IMG/VR virus record: IMGVR_UViG_3300009034_000003
Reading direction: 5' to 3' (one strand)
DNA: 29,666 nt
Origin: a virus
Taxonomy: Duplodnaviria > Heunggongvirae > Uroviricota > Caudoviricetes
Shown: positions 17,907 to 23,760 of the stretch, one piece after another
How the letters are laid out: each line of letters starts with the position of its first letter
How positions within the stretch are numbered: position 1 is the stretch's first letter
The notes under the pieces: model-generated
Told to the model about the DNA's origin: nothing
Database searches by the model: none
The model's input: the letters and a program-made list of their open reading frames with translations, nothing else
Position numbers and translations under genes: made by a program

Positions 17907-17943
17907 TCACCTGTCAATTCATCTTTGGGGGAGAGTAGAGAAG

Positions 17944-18097
17944 AATTGCGGACCGAAGAGGGAAGATTATCGCCTGCTCAAAAGGTCGTGGCGGACTAGG
18001 AAAACGCCAGGTGCGTGGGTGCACCGTTTCCTTCGGAGCTGGATATCGGAACCGGAGAGAATAAAATATAGACTTCTTTCAAGTCTCGTCCGCAATT
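17944..18097 (+). ncRNA. Y RNA-like unit Y6
   Basis: AATTGCGGACCG / TCGTCCGCAATT (compensatory A-U pair); GATTATC motif variant. Confidence 0.75.
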
Positions 18098-18103
18098 TCA
18101 TTT

Positions 18104-18179
18104 TGCTCCGTAGCTCAATTGGTAGAGTACCTGACTGTTAATCAGGGGGTTGTGGGATCGTTACCCACCGGGGCAGCCA
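18104..18179 (+). tRNA. tRNA-Asn(GTT), atypical T loop
   Basis: Full cloverleaf, U1-A72, CCTGA-CTGTTAA-TCAGG, G73, CCA; T loop ATCGTTA. Confidence 0.85.
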
Positions 18180-18190
18180 CGGGGCAGCCA
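18169..18190. repeat. 11-bp tandem duplication of tRNA-Asn 3' end
   Basis: CGGGGCAGCCA CGGGGCAGCCA. Confidence 0.9.
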
Positions 18191-18203
18191 TATAGAATAA
18201 CAA

Positions 18204-18347
18204 TATCGCTTGGGCCGGAGTTTTGTGGGTTATCCTTTTTGGAAGGCGTAGTCATTGGTTCAAATCCAATCGGGCACCCCAACGGTGCCTGTAGCTCAGC
18301 CAGGTAGAGCGCGTAAAACATCCACGAGCAAGTTTCGCCCGGCGATA
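18204..18347 (+). ncRNA. Y RNA-like unit Y7 (YrlA-like; permuted tRNA retaining CCA)
   Basis: TATCGCTTGGGCCG / TCGCCCGGCGATA; GGGTTATC; T arm ATTGG-TTCAAAT-CCAAT; CGGGCACC-CCA-AC-GGTGCCTG; D arm GCTC-AGCCAGGTA-GAGC. Confidence 0.88.
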
Positions 18348-18352
18348 CTTTT

Positions 18353-18490
18353 TGCTGGACCGCAGTAGATGGGTTACCTTGAAAACCTGAATGTCGTTAG
18401 TTCAAATCTAACCCCTTCCACCAATGGAAGGGTAGCTCAGTTTGGTAGAGCGTCAGGGTGTGTGTTCCATTTACGTTAACTCGTCCAGCA
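18353..18490 (+). ncRNA. Y RNA-like unit Y8 (YrlA-like; complete permuted tRNA-Phe(GAA))
   Basis: TGCTGGACCG / TCGTCCAGCA; GGGTTACC; TTGAAAA-CCTGA-ATGTC-GTTAG-TTCAAAT-CTAAC-CCCTTCC-A-CCA-AT-GGAAGGG-TA-GCTC-AGTTTGGTA-GAGC-G-TCAGG. Confidence 0.9.
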
Positions 18491-18508
18491 TTTGATAAGG
18501 GGATTGAC

Positions 18509-18748
18509 TTGTCTACACTCGAAGCTATTAAATTAACACCAGATATACGGACAGACTTAATGATTCTGGTTGCGAAGGAGCTACAGCAGGCTGCCGGAGA
18601 AGTTGATCTGTCTGTAAAGGAAAACGCCTATACGGTTGCCGTTTCTCTTGTTAGCTCAATCGCTACGCACTTGGAGTCCTGTAAGCTTCAGGAGGAAAGT
18701 CTTTCAGGGCATACAGTAAAACGGATGTTAGTTCCAGTAGGCGTGTAA
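18509..18748 (+). CDS. hypothetical protein embedded in Y RNA array
   Basis: AAGGGG RBS plus TTG start; fills the gap between Y8 and Y9. Confidence 0.5.
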   Translation: MSTLEAIKLTPDIRTDLMILVAKELQQAAGEVDLSVKENAYTVAVSLVSSIATHLESCKLQEESLSGHTVKRMLVPVGV

Positions 18749-18750
18749 TG

Positions 18751-18844
18751 TTCGGGCCGGAAAGTCAGGGTTATCTTAGGCAAAGCCGGTTCATCTAAGT
18801 GGATGGGCCGGTGGGATTTCTCCCTGATTTACAACTCGCCCGAA
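18751..18844 (+). ncRNA. Y RNA-like unit Y9
   Basis: TTCGGGCCG / TCGCCCGAA; AGTCAGGG/CCCTGATT; GGGTTATC; single cargo hairpin. Confidence 0.85.
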
Positions 18845-18870
18845 GCTTGAATAACGGATGGTGATGTGTA

Positions 18871-19071
18871 ATGGCAAGATGTGATACTTGTCCTTGCGCT
18901 CGCTGGGATGGCAGCAGCGATACAACGGTATGGTGCCGGAAGAAAAAGAAATACATAAAGGTCGGTAGGCTAAGGCATTTATTTGCTGCTGCGGAAACTA
19001 TTCAGCACGAACTCGAAGAGAGTAGAAAGATTATTCGGGCCGGAGATTCTCGGTTATCTAATTGCTTTTAG
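18871..19071 (+). CDS. small Cys-rich hypothetical protein embedded in array
   Basis: CDTCPC...WC; 3' end overlaps Y10. Confidence 0.4.
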   Translation: MARCDTCPCARWDGSSDTTVWCRKKKKYIKVGRLRHLFAAAETIQHELEESRKIIRAGDSRLSNCF

Positions 19072-19134
19072 ACTGAGGCCTATTTCCCACAAGAAGTCCC
19101 AGGCCTCTTTATTCCGAGGTCACAACTCGCCTGG
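19034..19134 (+). ncRNA. Y RNA-like unit Y10
   Basis: GGGCCG 19037 / TCGCCT 19127; CTCGG/CCGAG; GGTTATC; GAGGCCT/AGGCCTC cargo. Confidence 0.8.
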
Positions 19135-19142
19135 TATTTTGT

Positions 19143-19215
19143 TGTCTGGGCCGGTTGGTGTTGGTTATCACTAAAACCCTTTAGCAAGAATCCGACGCCG
19201 CTAACTCGCCTGACA
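19143..19215 (+). ncRNA. Y RNA-like unit Y11 (near-minimal)
   Basis: GGGCCG 19148 / TCGCCT 19206; GGTGTTGG/CCGACGCC; GGTTATC. Confidence 0.8.
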
Positions 19216-19221
19216 TTTTCA

Positions 19222-19276
19222 TGGGCCGGAGCACGAGGGTTACCTGTCCAGTTCCCCTTGTGCACTAACTCGCCCA
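19222..19276 (+). ncRNA. Y RNA-like unit Y12 (minimal)
   Basis: TGGGCCG / TCGCCCA; GCACGAGGG/CCCTTGTGC; GGGTTACC. Confidence 0.8.
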
Positions 19277-19290
19277 AATAAAAACTGGAC

Positions 19291-19350
19291 TTCATTGAGC
19301 CGAGCATCAGGGTTATCGGTTGCGTTCCTGGTGCGTTATTCGCTTGTGAA
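19291..19350 (+). ncRNA. Y RNA-like unit Y13 (minimal, abuts Ro60 RBS)
   Basis: GAGCCG / TCGCTT (compensatory); GCATCAGG/CCTGGTGC; GGGTTATC; ends at the GGAGG at 19351. Confidence 0.75.
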
Positions 19351-19363
19351 GGAGGTTTCACAA

Positions 19364-21274
19364 ATGAACAGAAGTTTGCAACAATTCGGTACAAAGAAAA
19401 CGCCTCAAGATGAGCGTATTCCCGGTCGGCCAGAAATGGTCGAGAATTATGCCGGTGGATACGGCTGGGAAGTAGACGACTGGATGAAGCTTCGCAGGTT
19501 CCTTTTCCTAGGAACAGAGGGAGGAACATATTACATTGGTGAGCGCGAGCTTACCAAAATGAACTGCGAAGCTATTATAAGGCTTATCGAGACGGATGGT
19601 GTCAACGTAGTTAATACTGTCGCCGAGATAAGCGACGCAGGTCGCGCTTATAAGAATGATTACGCTCTCTTCGTACTGGCAATGTGTGTTGGTATGGGGG
19701 ACAGTGCGACTAGACGAGCTGCGTTTGATGCTGTGCCAAAGGTTGCAAGGATCGGTACCCATGTGCTTCATCTCATTAGCTTCGCCGAGCAGTTTAGAGG
19801 CTGGGGCAGAGGTTTCAAGGGCGCTGTTGCCGGTTGGTATAATGGTAAGTCGCCAAGGGATCTTGTGTACCAGGTGCTGAAATATCAATCTCGTGACAAG
19901 TGGTCTCAGCGCGATGCTTTAAGATCTTGTCATCCAAAGCCAGCGAGTGACGTTTACGATTTCATCTACAGATACGTCACTCATGGAGTTAATAGACCGT
20001 TGTTTGAGCTTTCACCTGGGCACGGTGACGCTCTAGTTCCAATGGCTTCTGGGACCCTCGGTGGTCTTACAACTCAAGGTATATACGCCGACTTTGGGAA
20101 TAATGGTATCAGTTTTGTAGGAAGGCCTTCTGCAAAGCGAGTAGACGGCGAATGGCGTGTAAAAGATGTTCACGATGGTAAGATAAAGCAAAGCTTTTGC
20201 ATCAAGAAAGAAGGCGACAAGTTCGTTGTGTACGAGGACGCATTGTCATATTCTATGCGCGACATCGTTGCGCTAGTTGACAAGTACGGGGAACATGGCG
20301 TCGGTATGATCGAGGGCTTTGAGGAGGCTAAGAGAGCGGCCTCTGCAATTGAGATCGTGAAACTGATACGCGAGTATAATTTACCTCGTGAGTGCATTCC
20401 AACCCAGTTCCTTAGGGAGAGGGACGTTTGGAAGGAACTGCTTACCGCGGGCAGGGGAATGCCTATGACCGCCATGATACGGAACCTTGGCAATATGTCC
20501 AAGTGCGGTCTTCTCGTAGAGGGTGCTTTCGACATTATCAAATACGTCAGTGAACGTGTAACTGATCAGGAGATCTTGAAGAAAGCGCGTATACATCCGC
20601 TTGGGGTATTAGCCGCACTGAATACCTATGGTCGAGGCCGCGGTTTCAGGAGCGATAGTGAATGGCCAGTGGTCGGAGATGTTATGGATGCTTTGGACAA
20701 GGCTTTCTATTTGTCGTTCGACAATATCGTTCCTACAGACCAAAGAATCTGTATCGGTCTTGACGTTAGTGGTTCAATGGGCGGCGGCGAGATATTAGGT
20801 ATACCAGGTATGCAGCCTAGGATGGGTGCATGCGCAATGGTAATGGTTACCTATAGAACTGAGCCGTATGTTGCTGTCACGGCTTTTTCGCATCAGCTCG
20901 TTCCAGTTAGAATGCAACGGAATGAAAGCTTGAAAAGCCTTATGACTCGCACTGCCGCAATCCCAATGGGTGGAACCGATTGTGCGTTACCTATTCTCTG
21001 GGCGACCGAGCAGTATAAACGGAACTCGGACATAGTGTTCGATGCGTTCATAGTTTATACCGACTACGAGACGTGGTTCGGTAACATTCATCCGTGTCAG
21101 GCGCTAAACCAGTATCGTAACCTGACAGGGCGCCCAGTTCGTATGGCGACGGTCGGTTTGAGGGCTGAACCGTTCACCATTGCTGACCCGGAGGATTCGG
21201 GTACAATGGACTTTGTAGGATTTGACACGGCAGCGCCCGCAATGTTAAGTCAATTCTTACGAGGGGAGCTTTAG
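19364..21274 (+). CDS. rsr: Ro60/Rsr RNA-binding protein (TROVE + vWA), 636 aa
   Basis: NYAGGYGW...LRRFLFLGTEGGTYY, RIGTHVLHL, KYQSRDKWSQRD, LPRECIP, MPMTAMIRNLG, IHP, MIDAS LDVSGSM, GGTDCALP, TDYETW, GFD. ATG at 19364 after GGAGG. Confidence 0.95.
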   Translation: MNRSLQQFGTKKTPQDERIPGRPEMVENYAGGYGWEVDDWMKLRRFLFLGTEGGTYYIGERELTKMNCEAIIRLIETDGVNVVNTVAEISDAGRAYKNDYALFVLAMCVGMGDSATRRAAFDAVPKVARIGTHVLHLISFAEQFRGWGRGFKGAVAGWYNGKSPRDLVYQVLKYQSRDKWSQRDALRSCHPKPASDVYDFIYRYVTHGVNRPLFELSPGHGDALVPMASGTLGGLTTQGIYADFGNNGISFVGRPSAKRVDGEWRVKDVHDGKIKQSFCIKKEGDKFVVYEDALSYSMRDIVALVDKYGEHGVGMIEGFEEAKRAASAIEIVKLIREYNLPRECIPTQFLRERDVWKELLTAGRGMPMTAMIRNLGNMSKCGLLVEGAFDIIKYVSERVTDQEILKKARIHPLGVLAALNTYGRGRGFRSDSEWPVVGDVMDALDKAFYLSFDNIVPTDQRICIGLDVSGSMGGGEILGIPGMQPRMGACAMVMVTYRTEPYVAVTAFSHQLVPVRMQRNESLKSLMTRTAAIPMGGTDCALPILWATEQYKRNSDIVFDAFIVYTDYETWFGNIHPCQALNQYRNLTGRPVRMATVGLRAEPFTIADPEDSGTMDFVGFDTAAPAMLSQFLRGEL

Positions 21275-21295
21275 TGTAGAACATGGGTTGAAGAA

Positions 21296-21335
21296 GCCCG
21301 CTCCCCTTGACCACTAGGGGAGCGGGTTTTTTTTT
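21296..21335 (+). terminator. intrinsic terminator after Ro60
   Basis: CCCGCTCCCCT/AGGGGAGCGGG 11-bp stem followed by T9. Confidence 0.92.
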
Positions 21336-21369
21336 GTGCGTGGATGCTAATAGGAGCTCTTTTTCTTCT

Positions 21370-21400
21370 TTGCCTCATTTTCGTTTATTTCATATAATAT
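21370..21400 (+). promoter_or_regulatory. putative promoter
   Basis: TTGCCT...CATATATAAT in an AT-rich gap after the terminator. Confidence 0.45.
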
Positions 21401-21429
21401 AAGTAGGAAATGTTGAAAAGGAGAAGCTA

Positions 21430-21735
21430 ATGTTTAGAATACGTGACATGGATGAACTGCGGCGGATGATTCTACTCTTAGGAGCGCTTGATAACAGTAC
21501 AGTAAAGTTTCCCGTTGATATTTTTAGGGATGAGGAGCAAATTTCTGCTGTACAATGTGGTAAGAACTATCGGTGCGCGTTCACATACACCAATGTAGAT
21601 GGACGCGCGGTAATGGGGTGTCCAATACATGCTAGGGACCTTTTGCACTCTCTACATGCAAGGGAGGAACAATTTGAGAAGGGGCTAGAGGAAGCGCTAG
21701 AGGAGGAGGCCAATGTTCAGGATACAGAATCTTGA
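21430..21735 (+). CDS. hypothetical protein (paralogue 1)
   Basis: MFRIRDMDEL...KFPVDIFRDEEQISA...DGRA; AAGGAG RBS. Confidence 0.75.
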   Translation: MFRIRDMDELRRMILLLGALDNSTVKFPVDIFRDEEQISAVQCGKNYRCAFTYTNVDGRAVMGCPIHARDLLHSLHAREEQFEKGLEEALEEEANVQDTES

Positions 21736-21991
21736 TGAATTGGATCGGCTGAGAAAGCTTGTGAACAACCTTAGCGATGGTTCGAAGTTCCCTATTGATA
21801 TTTTTAGGGACGCGGAGAGAATTTCAGCTATGGAGTATGGGGAGAATCATAAAGAGGTTTACTCGTATACTACGAAAGACGGACGTGCTGCGATCGAGGG
21901 TACAGAGAGCTCTGAGAATCTTCGATCTGGTCGTGAGTTGGCCGAGAGAGGATACAATCATCGTTATCTAGGGCAAGGGGCTGTGGGCTAG
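21713..21991 (+). CDS. hypothetical protein (paralogue 2)
   Basis: MFRIQNLDEL...KFPIDIFRDAERISA...DGRA; GAGGAGG RBS. Confidence 0.75.
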   Translation: MFRIQNLDELDRLRKLVNNLSDGSKFPIDIFRDAERISAMEYGENHKEVYSYTTKDGRAAIEGTESSENLRSGRELAERGYNHRYLGQGAVG

Positions 21992-22051
21992 TGGCAAGGC
22001 CGTAGGAATTTCACTCCTGCAATCGCGGGTTCGAATCCCGTCAGCCCCTCC
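21977..22051 (+). tRNA. tRNA-Glu(TTC)
   Basis: TAGGA-ATTTCAC-TCCTG arm, GCGGG-TTCGAAT-CCCGT, acceptor GGGGCTG/CAGCCCT, then CCA (discriminator register ambiguous). Confidence 0.85.
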
Positions 22052-22084
22052 AACGTAATTATCAGGGATTAGAGGCGTCTTTTC

Positions 22085-22279
22085 ATGGGAAAACTACATC
22101 GTATAAGAAGAGCATTCAATAAACTTCCAGAGGAGAGGAAAAAGAAGCTGCGCAGGTATGGAGGCAGTTGTTATGTTGGACAGTACGGCGTAAGATTTTA
22201 TCTTATGGGAAGCTCCTATCGGAAGTTTATGAAGAAACTATGTAGTGAGCATTTCAGGGAGGTAGCTCAAGGCGATTAA
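22085..22279 (+). CDS. hypothetical basic protein
   Basis: 64-aa co-oriented ORF. Confidence 0.45.
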   Translation: MGKLHRIRRAFNKLPEERKKKLRRYGGSCYVGQYGVRFYLMGSSYRKFMKKLCSEHFREVAQGD

Positions 22280-22381
22280 GTCCTCCATTGCCAGAGGATA
22301 GTCAAGCAGGGGCTGGCAATCCTGCGAAAAAGTGGTGAAAATCCACACTCCCTAAAATGTTCACTGATATAGAAAGTCGAG

Positions 22382-22936
22382 ATGGTATGTAATATGAGTA
22401 AGAAAGAGCGCATGGAGGCTCTGATTCGAGCATATGAGGAGGGTATTAAATCGTATGAGCTACTTATGCGTGATTTCCAAAGGCGAGTTTCTGAGATGCA
22501 GGACTCTATTCGTGATCTCAGAGGCAAAAGAGTAGATGCGAGGAATGAGATAAAGGCGTTGCGTCTCCTATTAACAGATCCCGAGGGGAACTGGACTCCT
22601 GGTTTGGAAAGTCATGAAGAGAAGAGCGTAATGATATTTCGGCGAGATGCCGTTGATAAGGTGCGCTTGTATGTAGCAGTAGGAGACTTTAGTAAAGCTA
22701 GGTACTGGCTGAAAAGGGTTCATCTGGATTGGCTGCCGGAGTTACTTGTTGATCCATCTCAGATAGTAAGCAAGATGTCCAGTCGGAGAATCAAACATTG
22801 GGAAGTCGCTAATTACCCGAGCGTTCGATGTGAATCGTCTATGCACAAGCGATCGCATGTGAGGGGTCAGAAATGGCAGGCAAAAACAGATAGTTCAGAA
22901 CGGGGCACCGTGGGGAAGTGGCCATTACCTTGTTGA
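22382..22936 (+). CDS. hypothetical coiled-coil protein with HEAT-like motif
   Basis: Coiled-coil N-terminus; LPELLVDPSQIVSKMSSRR. Confidence 0.6.
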   Translation: MVCNMSKKERMEALIRAYEEGIKSYELLMRDFQRRVSEMQDSIRDLRGKRVDARNEIKALRLLLTDPEGNWTPGLESHEEKSVMIFRRDAVDKVRLYVAVGDFSKARYWLKRVHLDWLPELLVDPSQIVSKMSSRRIKHWEVANYPSVRCESSMHKRSHVRGQKWQAKTDSSERGTVGKWPLPC

Positions 22937-22999
22937 GCTGACGGGCCTGTAGAACGCAGTAGACTTCCCAATATTTTGGGCTTGAGGTTAAGGGGCATA

Positions 23000-23323
23000 A
23001 TGACTATACGTGAGGCTTTATTTCCAGATGAGGAACCTACTTTCAGGGGAGATCTTCGGGACATCCCGCCTGAGTTGTGGCGAGATCTTCCACCGGAGCT
23101 CCGTGCTGCTCTTCGTGGCTTTGGCCTCCATCCATCAACGGAGATAGTCCCAGGTGACGATGTTGTAGATGCGGTTTATGAGAGGGAGAGTTCAAGGTGG
23201 GATGTAATAGAACTGGATTCAAGTGATCAATCTGACAGTGAAAAACGATCAAAAGCCTCCAGTGATTATAGCCAGCAGGATTCCGTGGGGCGCGTGTTGG
23301 AATTGGTAGACAAGGTGGACTAA
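23000..23323 (+). CDS. hypothetical protein
   Basis: AGGGG RBS; stop codon lies inside tRNA-Leu. Confidence 0.5.
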   Translation: MTIREALFPDEEPTFRGDLRDIPPELWRDLPPELRAALRGFGLHPSTEIVPGDDVVDAVYERESSRWDVIELDSSDQSDSEKRSKASSDYSQQDSVGRVLELVDKVD

Positions 23324-23375
23324 GGATCCGCTGGACATTTGTTCCGTAAGGGTTCGACTCCCTTCGCGCCCACCA
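23288..23375 (+). tRNA. tRNA-Leu(AAG)
   Basis: Type II cloverleaf GGGCGCG/CGCGCCC, D loop GGAATTGGTAGAC, GTGGA-CTAAGGA-TCCGC, long variable arm, A73-CCA. Confidence 0.9.
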
Positions 23376-23378
23376 TTA

Positions 23379-23478
23379 TGCGGTCCGAGACGAAGCAGCA
23401 TGGGTGACATGTCGTAATGCTTGGCTCCATGCTTATGCGAGTTCGTCGAATCGGGATTACGCACCCTGTAGGACCGCA
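23379..23478 (+). ncRNA. unassigned structured RNA
   Basis: TGCGGTCC/GGACCGCA, GACGAA/TTCGTC, GCATGG/CCATGC nested stems between two tRNA-type genes. Confidence 0.45.
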
Positions 23479-23487
23479 GCGCTTCTT

Positions 23488-23561
23488 GGCCGTGTAAGAC
23501 TCAGCGCAGAGCTCTGGGGAGACCCGGGGACGTGGGGCTCGATACCTCACCACGGCCTCCA
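23488..23561 (+). ncRNA. tRNA-like RNA lacking an anticodon loop
   Basis: GGCCGTG/CACGGCC-T-CCA, T-like arm GTGGGG-CTCGATA-CCTCAC, central CTCTGGG-GAGA-CCCGGGG hairpin. Confidence 0.65.
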
Positions 23562-23568
23562 GTTAAGA

Positions 23569-23760
23569 ATGGAACAAGAGTGTATTCAGAACGAGATGCT
23601 TGCTGGGAAGGTTTGCCAGGAGTGCGACCAGCCCGCGACTAACATAGCAGGCTCAGCACATTCTAAACGCCTGTTGTACTATTGCAAGTATCATTACAAT
23701 CTCGCGTTACGGCTTGCGTCGCAGTGTAGAAGGGAGGACGTGATTTGGCAGAAGGAGTAA
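23569..23760 (+). CDS. small Zn-finger-like protein
   Basis: CQECDQPA...YYCKYH. The annotated upstream extension overlaps RNA genes. Confidence 0.5.
   Translation: MEQECIQNEMLAGKVCQECDQPATNIAGSAHSKRLLYYCKYHYNLALRLASQCRREDVIWQKE

Noticed and set aside
18805-18811. Extra GGGCCGG as another Y unit
   Set aside because: It is the 3' strand of the Y9 cargo hairpin and has no GGTTAY or partner TCGCCC.
16828-19350. CRISPR array
   Set aside because: Repeated motifs are short split elements that pair with each other, unit lengths vary from 55 to 198 nt, and no cas genes are present; the Y RNA model fits better.
19295-19363. N-terminal extension of the Ro60 ORF
   Set aside because: Overlaps Y13; the ATG at 19364 has a GGAGG RBS and matches the family N-terminus.
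16840-19529. ORF-track calls 16840-17034, 18119-18307, 18983-19174 and 19080-19529(-)
   Set aside because: They lie over Y RNA or tRNA genes and have no protein-like features.
23488-23561. tmRNA
   Set aside because: No G3-U70 pair, no mRNA-like domain, only 74 nt.
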